Below the pieces are notes generated by a model that made no database searches, was not told the origin of the DNA, and saw only the letters and a list, made by a program, of their open reading frames with translations. From contig CAVVOP010000011.1 in assembly GCA_963749915.1 (NCBI GenBank), forward strand, positions 23,360 to 87,359: a stretch of 64,000 nt of DNA. Direction: 5' to 3'. The DNA is from an uncultured cyanobacterium (GTDB taxonomy: Bacteria; Cyanobacteriota; Cyanobacteriia; Cyanobacteriales; Cyanobacteriaceae). Of the stretch, positions 20,705-31,467 are shown piece after piece; position 1 is the first letter of the stretch, and each line of letters starts with the position of its first letter. The position numbers and the translations under genes were made by a program.

Positions 20705-23272
20705 ATGATGAAACTAGCCGAACCAATTTCTTCTTATCAACTGGAAAATATGTCCTCTCCTCAATGGGTAGAAGTCTTAGTGGATTGTGTCTATGCTGAA
20801 GGATTATACATTTACAAAACAAAATCCGACACTGTCATCAAGGCTGGTGATATCGTGAGTATTCCTTTTGGTAACGCGATCGTAGGCGGTATTGTCATCA
20901 AATTATTGTTTCAAAACCCCGAAAATTTGGCCATAGAGAATATTAAAGAAATTGACGATATTATTACTACTGGCTTTTTTCCTGCTCATTATTGGGAATT
21001 ATTAGAGCGTACTGCCGAATATTATCTCACAGATTTAATTAATGTGGTAAGGGTTGCTTTACCGCCCAAATTATTAGGCAAATCCCAAAGGCGGGTAAGG
21101 CTTTTAAGACAAAATATTCCCGAGGATAGTGAAAATGATTCCACCGTCAATCAGTGGGAAGTGATCAAGTTACTAAAACAAAGTAAGACAGGAGATTATA
21201 CCTACAGTTTCATCAATCAGAAAGTAAAAAACGCTAGACAGGCCATTAACGGGTTAGTTAAGAGACAATGGCTAGAAATTTATTTGCAACCCCCCACAAA
21301 AGCAACGCCAAAATTAACAAAAGTGGTAACATTTCTCGGTGAAAATGAAGACAGTCAACTCACTCAAAAACAACGGGACGTCTTAAGGGTTTTAAAAAAT
21401 CGTGGTGGTGAATTACCTTTACCGGAATTATTGAGAATCTGCGAATTAAATAGTAATTCTGTGGTGAATACCTTGGCCAATAAAGGTTGTGTTCTGATTC
21501 AAGAAAGGGAAACTTTGCGCCTCTTACAAGACTCCTCCCCGGAAAAAGATCTTCCCAAAACCTTGACAAAAGAGCAAAGTCGTGCGTTAGGAATTATCAA
21601 CAGTTTAGATTGTTATTCGACGGTATTATTACACGGAGTCACAGGATCAGGGAAAACCGAAGTATATCTACAGGCGATCGCACCTATTCTACAAGGAAAA
21701 AAATCCGCCCTAGTCTTAGTACCAGAAATAGGCTTAACTCCTCAATTAACCGATCGATTTAGGGCAAGATTCGGGGATAAAGTCTGCGTATATCACAGCG
21801 CCTTAAGTGACGGGGAAAGATATGACACATGGCGACAGATGTTAAGAGGGGAATCCCAAGTTATCATTGGCACTCGCAGTGCAGTTTTTGCACCATTACC
21901 GAACATCGCTATGATCATCTTAGATGAAGAACACGACACCAGCTTCAAACAACATCAACCTATCCCCACCTATCATGCCGTTAAAATAGCCCAATATCGG
22001 GCAGAATTGCTTAATTGTCCCCTAATTTTGGGTTCTGCAACCCCATCTCTCGAAAGTTGGCGTCTAGCTACCGAAAATAAGCCTTTAATACCCCTAGATT
22101 CTCAATTCCACCCTCAGATTCGCCCCATTGAAGACGGGAGAGATCTTTCCCCTGCAGAATTAAGTAAAAAAGAGCACAACTATTACTTATCCTTACCTAA
22201 CCGTATTCAAAATCGCCCCTTACCGCCAGTGGAAATTGTGGATATGCGCCAAGAATTGAGAAAAGGCAACCGCAGTATTTTTAGTCATAGCCTTCGAGAT
22301 GCCTTAAATAACCTCAAAACTGACGGAAAACAGGCCATTTTATTTATTTCCCGGCGGGGACATAGCACTTTTGTCTCTTGTCGTAGCTGTGGCTATGTGA
22401 TGGAATGCCCCCATTGTGATGTATCCTTATCCTACCATTACACCCAGGTCGGAGCAACAGAGTTATTACGTTGTCATTATTGCAATCATACCGAGTTACA
22501 TCCGAAAAAATGTCCTCAATGTTTTTCTCCCTATCTCAAGTTTTTTGGTACGGGTACACAAAAAGTCCTATTAGAGTTAGAAAAAGAGTTTCCTGATTTA
22601 AAAGTCCTACGTTTCGACAGTGATACTACTAGCACAAAAAATGCTCACCGCCGTATTTTAGAGGATTTTACCCAAGGAAAAGCAGATGTTTTAATCGGCA
22701 CTCAAATGTTAACAAAAGGCATCGATTTAGCCCAAGTAACCCTTGTGGGTGTAGTTTCTGCTGATGGTTTACTCTTCCATTCCGATTATAGAGCCAGTGA
22801 GAGGGCTTTTCAAACTTTAACTCAAGTGGCAGGGCGTGCAGGTAGGGGTGATGATGCGGGGAAAGTGATTCTTCAAACTTACTCCCCAGAACATCCCGTT
22901 ATTCAATCCGTCAGACACCATGATTATTTAAGTTTTTGTCAACGAGAATTAGAAGAAAGAGCCACTTTAGATTATCCTCCTTATGGTAATTTAATTTTAC
23001 TGAGGTTTAGTGGTATTGATGGCAATAAAGTTAGACAATCTGCTGATGTGATCGCTGATATTTGTGCCAATTTATTACCAAATAATATCGAAATTTTGGG
23101 TCCTGCCCCAGCGAATGTGATGAGGGTAGCAAGGCGTTATCGTTGGCAAATATTACTAAAATCTGCAAATATTTTTACGGTGGAAATAAAGCAAAAATTA
23201 TCAACTTTAAAACAGTATTGCCATAGTGGAGTATCCCTAGTAATTGACGCTGATCCTTTGATAATTGAGTGA
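20705..23272 (+). CDS. priA: primosomal protein N'
   Basis: GVTGSGKT, DEEH, SAT, four CxxC pairs, QVAGRAGR. Confidence 0.96.
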   Translation: MMKLAEPISSYQLENMSSPQWVEVLVDCVYAEGLYIYKTKSDTVIKAGDIVSIPFGNAIVGGIVIKLLFQNPENLAIENIKEIDDIITTGFFPAHYWELLERTAEYYLTDLINVVRVALPPKLLGKSQRRVRLLRQNIPEDSENDSTVNQWEVIKLLKQSKTGDYTYSFINQKVKNARQAINGLVKRQWLEIYLQPPTKATPKLTKVVTFLGENEDSQLTQKQRDVLRVLKNRGGELPLPELLRICELNSNSVVNTLANKGCVLIQERETLRLLQDSSPEKDLPKTLTKEQSRALGIINSLDCYSTVLLHGVTGSGKTEVYLQAIAPILQGKKSALVLVPEIGLTPQLTDRFRARFGDKVCVYHSALSDGERYDTWRQMLRGESQVIIGTRSAVFAPLPNIAMIILDEEHDTSFKQHQPIPTYHAVKIAQYRAELLNCPLILGSATPSLESWRLATENKPLIPLDSQFHPQIRPIEDGRDLSPAELSKKEHNYYLSLPNRIQNRPLPPVEIVDMRQELRKGNRSIFSHSLRDALNNLKTDGKQAILFISRRGHSTFVSCRSCGYVMECPHCDVSLSYHYTQVGATELLRCHYCNHTELHPKKCPQCFSPYLKFFGTGTQKVLLELEKEFPDLKVLRFDSDTTSTKNAHRRILEDFTQGKADVLIGTQMLTKGIDLAQVTLVGVVSADGLLFHSDYRASERAFQTLTQVAGRAGRGDDAGKVILQTYSPEHPVIQSVRHHDYLSFCQRELEERATLDYPPYGNLILLRFSGIDGNKVRQSADVIADICANLLPNNIEILGPAPANVMRVARRYRWQILLKSANIFTVEIKQKLSTLKQYCHSGVSLVIDADPLIIE

Positions 23273-23373
23273 TATAAATTGTAAGCGTTCAGAGGATTAC
23301 GCAACTAAAGGCATAGACTCATCTTTACTTAATTTTTGTTGCACTACAAAATTTTTAACTTTTTAAAACAGTA

Positions 23374-24024
23374 TCAACCTCTAATTGAAATTGCCCATTC
23401 TCTAATCTTTTGACGAATTGTTCTTCTACCTGAGTTACGATATTGATTGATAATAGTTGGTATTTCTTGGACAGAAAGATTGGGGAAAACGAAGCTAGAT
23501 TCTGATTCTTGATATGTTTCATCTTCCCCCAGTAAATAAATTTTCAATTCTCCATCATCATAACTCCAGATTTCGGGAACTTCTAAACGAGCATAGATGG
23601 GAAAGCGATCGAGAGATTTACTGGTAATATCTATTTCTAAGACCAAATCAGGAGGAGGATCTTGATTTAAATCATAATCTAATTTACCGCGAATTTTCGA
23701 CTCATTTTGAAAATAAAAACAATTATCAGGCTCAACTCCCGCCATTTTTGACTGTTTACGCCAAGTAGTCGAACCCAGACTCTCATAATCCCTATTTAAA
23801 ACTTCCGCTATATCTTTAATGCAATCGCCAATACTTTCCTTATAGTACTCATGTTCAGGTAAAGGGGTCATAATTTCTAATGTTCCGTTATCATAAGCCA
23901 CACGAGTACCACGACATTCTCCCAATTCCCCCAGAATGTTTTCAAATTGTTGCCAACTCAGATTATGTAATAAGACTCGATCACGAAGTGGCGCTGGGCG
24001 ATCAGCACAATTTTGAGTAAGCAT
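23374..24024 (-). CDS. Uma2 family endonuclease-like protein
   Basis: LEIMTPLPEHE, EPDNCFY, PPDLVLEID. Confidence 0.92.
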   Translation of the reverse strand: MLTQNCADRPAPLRDRVLLHNLSWQQFENILGELGECRGTRVAYDNGTLEIMTPLPEHEYYKESIGDCIKDIAEVLNRDYESLGSTTWRKQSKMAGVEPDNCFYFQNESKIRGKLDYDLNQDPPPDLVLEIDITSKSLDRFPIYARLEVPEIWSYDDGELKIYLLGEDETYQESESSFVFPNLSVQEIPTIINQYRNSGRRTIRQKIREWAISIRG

Positions 24025-24107
24025 AAATGACTGATGGTATAGGGTTTTATTGATAATTGTAACTCAAATCAATACTGCAAGGGATTTGCCCGAAAACGCT
24101 CTGGCGA

Positions 24108-24255
24108 GGGAAATTTAGAATTTAGAATTTAGAATTTAGAATTTAGAATAACTTTTTCGGAAGATTATTCACGGAAAAATAATATTTCCGAACTCTGAAC
24201 TCCGAACTCCGCCCCGCTTGCGGCAGGAGCGAAGCGACCTCTCCGAACTCCCCAA
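24108..24255. repeat. composite heptamer repeats (AATTTAG)5 and (CYGAACT)n
   Basis: Five exact AATTTAG units at 24112-24146; CCGAACT units at 24188-24250. Confidence 0.9.
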
Positions 24256-24352
24256 ACCGACAATTATATTTTCCAAAACCTTCGCAGTATTGTGATACGT
24301 TTAATGTTTCTGATTATAGTTAAATTGATAATTGCGGTGTTTTTCCTTGACA

Positions 24353-25507
24353 TTAAGCTACTAAAACTTCTTCGCATAGTTTGTCTTCTAAATCCGTCTC
24401 CTCTTGTTTGACAGTTGCGATGGCATGTCGGATGATTTCGGTAATGGATAACCCTTGTTTGTATTGCTGCAACCATTGTTGAGCCTGATTACCCTGTTCA
24501 AGGATTTTGTAGGCGGGAGTTAAAAAACAAGCAAATCCTTTAGTTTTAGCAATGGGGTATAATTCGCTGATTAATTCCTCTAACCAATCACGAGCGATAA
24601 TCTTACTACCATCTTGCCAACGATATAATACAGCATCCAAACTATTTTCACTGACGGCTTGTTCATTGTATTTTGTGATTTTTAGAAATTCCGTCTCCAA
24701 ATCACCGTGATTAATAGTACTTTGTTGTAAAGGATCTAAAGTGTGATCAGTCAAAATTTTAAAAATTCTGGCCTCTAAAATAGCGGTTATAGCTAGCAGA
24801 TGAATGGGGTTTAAGACTAAATCACAAATTCTCAATTCGAGACGATTTAAGCTGTAAGGACGATTATCACCATTCGGACGCACTGAACACCATAAATGTC
24901 TAACATTTTGCATTGTGCCTAAAAATAATTGTTGCTTAGTCCAGTCGATAAAATGAGCATGATTGGTAAATAAAGGCACGTTTTCGGGGGTTTGAGGAAA
25001 TAAATGCCAACGGGTAGAATGATAACCCGTAACCCGATTGTCTAAGAAAGGAGAAGAGGCGCTCAACGCCAATAATAAGGGTGCTTCTAATCTAATTAAA
25101 CGGTAAGCTTGGATTAGTTTTTCCGTATCTTCAATACCGATGTTAATGTGAATGCTAGCGGTAGCTATTTTTGTATGATAAGTTTGCTCAATATAGTCAT
25201 GATAATGATTATCGGGATCTGAGCGGAAAAATCGGCTACTGTCCCCTAATGACAGAGTACTACCCGGAACAATAGTATAATTACCCAAGGATTGAAGATA
25301 TTGTCGCAAGTCTCGTCGGGGACGTAATAAAGCACACAATAGGCGATCGTAATTGCACAGAGGAGCGGTAGTATATTCTACATTACGACTATCCGGTTCT
25401 CGGACAAAACCGTGTAAATCCCTCACAATTTGACTAGAAAGCCCGGTTACCTCACCTTCCTTAGTGCCTGTATAAACCTCAACTTCAAATCCTTTCGATA
25501 ACAGCAC
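24353..25507 (-). CDS. gshA: glutamate--cysteine ligase, cyanobacterial type
   Basis: KGFEVE, REPDSRNVEY, SIHINIG, RLELRICD. Confidence 0.9.
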   Translation of the reverse strand: MLLSKGFEVEVYTGTKEGEVTGLSSQIVRDLHGFVREPDSRNVEYTTAPLCNYDRLLCALLRPRRDLRQYLQSLGNYTIVPGSTLSLGDSSRFFRSDPDNHYHDYIEQTYHTKIATASIHINIGIEDTEKLIQAYRLIRLEAPLLLALSASSPFLDNRVTGYHSTRWHLFPQTPENVPLFTNHAHFIDWTKQQLFLGTMQNVRHLWCSVRPNGDNRPYSLNRLELRICDLVLNPIHLLAITAILEARIFKILTDHTLDPLQQSTINHGDLETEFLKITKYNEQAVSENSLDAVLYRWQDGSKIIARDWLEELISELYPIAKTKGFACFLTPAYKILEQGNQAQQWLQQYKQGLSITEIIRHAIATVKQEETDLEDKLCEEVLVA

Positions 25508-25735
25508 ATTTTTTCCTCAATCATTGCTCTATATTTCAATTATCAACGATTCTAGTCTTCATTACAACCAATGATCTTCCCTATTTTAACCCTCAAGGTA
25601 ATTATTTAAGAATGGGGAAGGAGAACATAAATTTTATTGTTGTTTTTATTTTTTCTCTATTTTCCCTTATTTTTTGCCTTTGTTTCTTTAATTCAGAGCC
25701 ATTTTGCGTCAGTCCTGAAAATGTTACTTGACAAC

Positions 25736-25808
25736 AGCCATCTATCGGACTTGAACCGACAACCTTATCATTACAAGTGATGTGCTCTACCAATTGAGCT
25801 AAGATGGC
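25736..25808 (-). tRNA. tRNA-Thr(TGT)
   Basis: GCCATCT acceptor stem pairs with AGATGGC; anticodon loop CTTGTAA; T-arm GTCGG-TTCAAGT-CCGAT; CCA not encoded. Confidence 0.95.
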
Positions 25809-25866
25809 AATGATTTTAACAATATTTGAGAAGACCTATTGAATCTCTTTTTCTACCCCACGGACT

Positions 25867-25897
25867 ATTATAACTAATCACATCTGGGGTTTGTCAA
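25867..25897 (-). promoter_or_regulatory. sigma70-type promoter for tRNA-Thr
   Basis: TTGACA-N19-TATAAT on the minus strand (spacer longer than ideal). Confidence 0.5.
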
Positions 25898-26178
25898 GGT
25901 AATTATCCTGAGGGCCAGGAGAATCCCTGGAAGCTGTGCCGTAATTCTCATTTTGCAAAGATATTAGCTATAGTTTTTGATATGACAAAAAGAACTCAGG
26001 AAAATTTTGTCCAAAAAATGCTAGAGTTATCACTTTATAACAACAATGTATAAATAATTTTGTTCACCTACTTATAACAATATTTCTGCTTCTTCTTACC
26101 CATTGCTAATTGATTGATCTATGGTCATAAATCATTGATAATTGATCCATGATCATAAGCGAACGTAGCATTAACATT

Positions 26179-27105
26179 ATGGTACAAACCGATTTAAAAC
26201 CAACTTTAATGTCCTATTCTGATTTTGATTTAAAAATCTATTTACAGACAAAAAAAGACTTAGTTGAAAAGGCTTTAGATGAATCTTTACCGATGGCTGA
26301 GCCTGAGAAAATTTACGAAGCAATGCGTTATTCCCTCTTAGCAGGAGGAAAAAGATTACGTCCGATTCTTTGCTTGGCAACGGCGGAATTATTGGCAGAA
26401 AATGAAATGGTAGCCATGCCTACGGCTTGTGCCTTGGAAATGATTCATACGATGTCATTAATTCATGATGACCTCCCGGCGATGGATAATGACGACTATC
26501 GTCGAGGTAGGTTAACAAATCATAAGGTTTATGGGGAAGATATAGCGATTTTGGCAGGGGATGGTTTATTGGCTTATGCCTTTGAATATGTGGCAGAAAA
26601 TACCAAAAATATCCCAGCAGAAAGAATCGTTAAAGTATTAGCTATCTTAGGTAAAGCCGTTGGTGCCCATGGTTTAGTTGGTGGGCAAGTTATGGATTTG
26701 GATTACGAGGGTAAATCGGATGTTACCGCAGAAACTTTGACTTTTATTCACAGTCGCAAAACGGGCACTTTGTTGGAAGCTTGTGTGTCTTGCGGTGCGG
26801 TGTTAGCAGGTGCACCTTCTACGGATTTAACTCGTTTATCGATGTATGCTCAAAATATTGGTTTGGCTTTTCAGATTATTGATGATATTCTTGATGTTAC
26901 TGCTACCAGTGAGGAGTTAGGTAAAACCGCAGGAAAGGATATTTCTGCCCAAAAAGCTACTTATCCTAAACTTTGGGGTATCGAAACCTCTCAGGCTAAG
27001 GCGGAAGAATTAGTTAAAAACGCCATAGCACAATTAGCGGAATATGGTCAAAAAGCCTTGCCGTTACAAGCTATTGCGGAATATATTGTCAAGCGCAAAA
27101 ATTAG
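26179..27105 (+). CDS. crtE: geranylgeranyl diphosphate synthase
   Basis: [26 protein letters not shown]. Confidence 0.93.
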   Translation: MVQTDLKPTLMSYSDFDLKIYLQTKKDLVEKALDESLPMAEPEKIYEAMRYSLLAGGKRLRPILCLATAELLAENEMVAMPTACALEMIHTMSLIHDDLPAMDNDDYRRGRLTNHKVYGEDIAILAGDGLLAYAFEYVAENTKNIPAERIVKVLAILGKAVGAHGLVGGQVMDLDYEGKSDVTAETLTFIHSRKTGTLLEACVSCGAVLAGAPSTDLTRLSMYAQNIGLAFQIIDDILDVTATSEELGKTAGKDISAQKATYPKLWGIETSQAKAEELVKNAIAQLAEYGQKALPLQAIAEYIVKRKN

Positions 27106-27114
27106 GCGAGGAAA

Positions 27115-27576
27115 ATGCAGGTTTTTATTGAAATATTCACCAATCGTTTAATTGTTATTCCCCTACTTGCCTGTATTCTGGCACAAGTAATTAAGGTTTC
27201 CGTCGATACTGTTACCCATCGTAAGTTTAGTTTCCGTTATCTTGTTAGTACTGGGGGGATGCCAAGTTCTCATTCTGCCCTGGTAGGGGCTTTGGCTACG
27301 GGAGTTGGTCAAATTTTAGGATGGTCGTCTCCAGAATTTGCCATTGCCTCCATATTTGCTGGTATAGTAATGTATGATGCCGCTGGAGTTAGGCAAGCCG
27401 CCGGAAAACAGGCAAAAATATTGAATCAAATAATGGATGAATTTCTTAATCATGAAGACTTAAACGAAGAAAAACTAAAAGAATTATTAGGGCATACACC
27501 TTTTCAAGTTTTAGTGGGTTTATTGTTAGGAATTTTAAGCTCAATATTTCTGTTACCATTACTCCCTAATATCTAA
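27115..27576 (+). CDS. divergent PAP2 (DUF212) family protein
   Basis: GGMPSSHSA, VMYDAAGVR, LLGHTP. Confidence 0.9.
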   Translation: MQVFIEIFTNRLIVIPLLACILAQVIKVSVDTVTHRKFSFRYLVSTGGMPSSHSALVGALATGVGQILGWSSPEFAIASIFAGIVMYDAAGVRQAAGKQAKILNQIMDEFLNHEDLNEEKLKELLGHTPFQVLVGLLLGILSSIFLLPLLPNI

Positions 27577-27640
27577 GTTTTACTGCTAGAATCAGTATTC
27601 CTATTTTTTTTTGCCATTAAATTTTTTCTTTCTATCAATT

Positions 27641-28432
27641 ATGAAAACTGCACTAATAACAGGGGCATCTTCGGGTATTGGCAAGGCTTTTGCCGAAGAG
27701 TTGGCACAACGTAACTATAATTTAGTTATCGTAGCACGATCGCAATCAGCTTTAACAGCACTTAAGGAAAAATTGGAATCTACTCATCAAATTACGGTCA
27801 CTGTTCTTGTCCAAGATTTGAGTTTACCCCATGGTGGCCAATCTATTTTTAATGAAGTTAAATCTAAAAATATTACTGTAGATTTATTAATTAATAATGC
27901 TGGTTTTGGTGATTATGGTAAATTTGCTGACCGCACATTGCAAAAGCAGTTGAACATGATACAAGTAAATATTGCCGCCCTGGTAGAATTAACTTATTTA
28001 TTTTTAGGGGAAATGACAAAACGCAACAGTGGAGAAATTATCAATGTAAGCTCCATCGCCGGTTATCAACCGTTACCTTATTTATCAGTATATGCCGCTA
28101 CAAAAGCCTTTGTTTTGTCATTTTCGGAGGCACTTTGGGCAGAATATAAGGAGTATGATATCAAAGTTTTAGCCCTATCTCCTGGCCCTACAAAATCAAA
28201 TTTTCCGGAAGTAGCAGAATTTCCTAATTCCTCAAGTTTTAATGATAGTAAAAATTCGCTCACAACGGCGGAAGAAGTTGTAAAGAATGCCCTTTTGGCC
28301 CTAGAAAAACAACAATCTAATGTTGTTACAGGAGGAGTCGGTAATCAAATTATTGTCAATTTAGGGAGATTTTTTCCTAGGGAAGTTATTGTTAGTGGTG
28401 TAGAAAAACAATTTCGTCAAAAGAATAAATGA
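27641..28432 (+). CDS. short-chain dehydrogenase/reductase
   Basis: TGASSGIG, NNAG, YAATK. Confidence 0.92.
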   Translation: MKTALITGASSGIGKAFAEELAQRNYNLVIVARSQSALTALKEKLESTHQITVTVLVQDLSLPHGGQSIFNEVKSKNITVDLLINNAGFGDYGKFADRTLQKQLNMIQVNIAALVELTYLFLGEMTKRNSGEIINVSSIAGYQPLPYLSVYAATKAFVLSFSEALWAEYKEYDIKVLALSPGPTKSNFPEVAEFPNSSSFNDSKNSLTTAEEVVKNALLALEKQQSNVVTGGVGNQIIVNLGRFFPREVIVSGVEKQFRQKNK

Positions 28433-28753
28433 GGTAATAAAAAGTGGTGGTACTATAGGGAAATATTGAATTTATAGTAAGCGTTCAGGGGGTTATGCAG
28501 CTAAATGGTTCATGGCGGAGCTCCCCACATTCTTTGACTCTCCGCTATTTTTTCAAATTTTAACCCTCTTTTGAGTATTTCCGTTACAAAATTCAAAATT
28601 CAGTCCAATTATCGGGAAATATTTTGCTCCCCAAAAATTCGGATTTCGACAGCCTACCCTAACCCCTTTTATTAAGTATTTATGTACTGGTGCAAGATCT
28701 GAGTAAAAGAGGATGATAAGCTTGTTAAATATTAAAGGTGATTAAATAAAAAA

Positions 28754-30898
28754 ATGTTGAATATCCCTCAAGTTATTGCCAATGAATTATCTCTCAGTAT
28801 TCAAAGTGTTGACGGTGCTTTAGAATTATTGACAGAAGGTGCTACAATTCCTTTTATTGCCCGTTATCGTAAAGAGCGTACAGGATCATTAAATGAAATT
28901 GAATTAAGGAATATTAATGATCGCTTTATCTATTTGCAAGAATTAGAAAATCGTAAACAGGCTATTTTAGATAGTATTGCCTCTCAAAATCTACTCAGTG
29001 ACCGATTAAAAGCCCAAATAACCGCCTGTTTGCAAAAAAATGATCTTGAAGACCTTTACTTACCATTTAAGCCTAAAAGACGCACCCGTGCCATTATAGC
29101 TAAGGAAAAAGGTTTAACTCCTCTTGCTGAATTTATCAAAAATCTTAATCATCCTCAAGCAAAACCCTCATCTATTGAAAAAGAAGCCGAAAAATATCTA
29201 TCAGAAGAAGTAAAGACCATAGAAGAAGCATTAAATGGTGCTAGTGATATTCTGGCGGAGGATGTAGCCGAAAAAGCCGAACTAAGGGCTTATTTACGCG
29301 AATTTATCTTAGAAAATGGGGTATTTATTTCTCGTATCAAAGACGATTATCCCGAAGGTAGCACTAAGTTTGAAATGTACCGTAATTTTCAGAGCAAACT
29401 GACTAAAATTGCACCCCATAACATCCTTGCGTTATTTCGAGCAGAGGCGGAAAAAATCCTTATTTTAGATGTTGATTTTGATGATTCAAGGGTGATGAAT
29501 TATCTTCAACTCAAGATAATTAAAACTAAAATTAATGCCGTGGGAGAATTTTATCAAGTAATGCTTAAAGATAGTTTCAATCGGTTGCTCAAACCGGCTT
29601 TAATTAGAGATGTACGTTCTGAAAAAAAAGCATGGGCGGATCTGGAATCTATTAAAACCTTTGAAGCCAATTTGCGGGAGTTGTTATTGTCCCCTCCTGC
29701 CGGTATGAAAGCGACTTTAGCAATAGATCCTGGATTTCGGACGGGTTGCAAGATAGCGATTCTCTCGGAAACAGGGCAGTTTTTGGAATATCAAGGGATT
29801 TTCCCGCACACTGGTAGTCAAAAAAGGACGATCGCCTCGGACACCATTAAAAAGCTCATTCATAAGTATAATATAGAGTTAATTGCCATCGGCAATGGTA
29901 CAGCCTCACGGGAGACAGACGAATTTATTACGGAAGTTTTAGCAAATATTGACCAAAAACCAGTTAAAGTTATGGTGAATGAGTCCGGTGCGTCCATTTA
30001 TTCCGCCAGTGACGTGGCGATCGCCGAATTTCCCCACCTAGATATTACCGTCAGAGGGGCAATTAGTATTGGCAGACGTTTACAAGACCCTTTAGCAGAG
30101 TTAGTTAAAATAGATCCAAAATCCATCGGTGTGGGACAATATCAACATGATGTTGACCAAAAACTGCTGAAAAAAAACTTAGAAGAAACTGTCGAAAGTT
30201 GTGTTAATTATGTTGGGGTGGATTTGAATACTGCCTCCAAAGAATTGTTAATGTTTGTTTCCGGAATTAATCAAACTATAGCCAATAATATTGTTAGCTA
30301 TCGGAACGAAAAAGGAGCATTTATAAGTAGAAAAGAATTATTAAAAGTCAAAAAATTAGGGGCAAAAACCTTTGAATTAGCCGCAGGTTTTTTGCGTATT
30401 CGTGATGGCACAAATCCTTTAGATAATACGGCAGTGCATCCCGAAAGTTATGGAATTGTTCGGGCTATTTCTGCTGATTTGAAAATACCTTTATCTCAGA
30501 TTTCTCAAATAGGTTCTCGTGTTCAAAGTCTAAATTTAAGACAATATGTAACTGATAATATTGGTCTGCCTACTTTACAGGATATAATTAGTGAATTAGA
30601 AAAACCCGGAAGAGATCCTCGTGCTGAATTTCAATATGCAACTTTTAAGGACGGAATCAAAGAAATTCGTGATTTAAAAGAAGGAATGGAGTTAGAAGGA
30701 ATTGTCACCAATGTGGTTAATTTTGGTGCTTTTGTGGATGTAGGAGTACATCAAGATGGATTAGTGCATATCTCTCAATTGGCAGACAGGTTTGTGAACG
30801 ATACTAAGGAAATTGTCAAAGTAGGGCAGGTGATAAAAGTGCGAGTTTTAGACGTAAATGAAAAATTAAATAGGATTAGTTTGTCTATGAAAACATGA
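28754..30898 (+). CDS. tex: Tex family transcriptional accessory protein
   Basis: PFIARYRKE, DPGFRTGCK, IGVGQYQHD, C-terminal S1 domain. Confidence 0.95.
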   Translation: MLNIPQVIANELSLSIQSVDGALELLTEGATIPFIARYRKERTGSLNEIELRNINDRFIYLQELENRKQAILDSIASQNLLSDRLKAQITACLQKNDLEDLYLPFKPKRRTRAIIAKEKGLTPLAEFIKNLNHPQAKPSSIEKEAEKYLSEEVKTIEEALNGASDILAEDVAEKAELRAYLREFILENGVFISRIKDDYPEGSTKFEMYRNFQSKLTKIAPHNILALFRAEAEKILILDVDFDDSRVMNYLQLKIIKTKINAVGEFYQVMLKDSFNRLLKPALIRDVRSEKKAWADLESIKTFEANLRELLLSPPAGMKATLAIDPGFRTGCKIAILSETGQFLEYQGIFPHTGSQKRTIASDTIKKLIHKYNIELIAIGNGTASRETDEFITEVLANIDQKPVKVMVNESGASIYSASDVAIAEFPHLDITVRGAISIGRRLQDPLAELVKIDPKSIGVGQYQHDVDQKLLKKNLEETVESCVNYVGVDLNTASKELLMFVSGINQTIANNIVSYRNEKGAFISRKELLKVKKLGAKTFELAAGFLRIRDGTNPLDNTAVHPESYGIVRAISADLKIPLSQISQIGSRVQSLNLRQYVTDNIGLPTLQDIISELEKPGRDPRAEFQYATFKDGIKEIRDLKEGMELEGIVTNVVNFGAFVDVGVHQDGLVHISQLADRFVNDTKEIVKVGQVIKVRVLDVNEKLNRISLSMKT

Positions 30899-30948
30899 GA
30901 CCTCTTGCAAAAGTCTTTTATGATATGACAGAAGAAGAGTGTTATTAA

Positions 30949-31350
30949 CCCACATTCCGCACGTCACTTTGTAAGATGATAAAAGTATTAAAACCAAGCA
31001 ACTTATTTTGGACAAAATATAAGTAATAATACTCAATATCTTCTTTATTCGCGTTTTGTGCTCGCGAACTTTGCTCAAATTAAAATCTCATTGTCAATAA
31101 CTTCACCTTTAATGAGAATAAATAAACAGAGCAAATCTATCAGTTTTCTATTCTTTATTTATGGTATTATAATTGAGAATATTTAGACTCTTAAATCCCA
31201 TAAGTTATCCAGATAAAATATAATAATTATGACAAGAAATCGGGAAAAAACTTAAAATTAGTTTTGTTCATTTGTTAGATTTACTATCTGTTTTATTCCT
31301 TGATTTATTACTAAATGAATCCCCTGAAAACATTGAAATATCCATCTTAA
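30949..31350 (-). mobile_element. IS1634-family right-end fragment
   Basis: Near-identical to 56819-57221, starting CCCACATTCCG; includes the last transposase codons. Confidence 0.85.
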
Positions 31351-31359
31351 GGATTCAGA

Positions 31360-31432
31360 ATGAAAAGAGAACCAGCTCAAAGTTTTCCCGATTTAATAGT
31401 CTGGCAAAAAGCCCATCAGTTTGTACTTGACG
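31360..31432 (+). pseudogene. four-helix-bundle (23S rRNA IVS-like) protein N-terminal fragment
   Basis: MKREPAQSFPDLIVWQKAHQFVL followed by unrelated sequence. Confidence 0.6.
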
Positions 31433-31467
31433 AATTTTTCCGAGGCGATCATCTGCTCATCCGCCAG

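Noticed and set aside
24112..24250. CRISPR array
   Set aside because: Contiguous heptamers without unique spacers; no cas genes in the window
25602..25793. 63-aa ORF
   Set aside because: Overlaps tRNA-Thr; spurious
25508..25808. tRNA-anchored integrative element
   Set aside because: No integrase and no duplicated tRNA 3' end seen; flanks are housekeeping genes
31360..31432. Avd of a diversity-generating retroelement
   Set aside because: Only a ~24-codon stub; no reverse transcriptase or TR/VR pair seen
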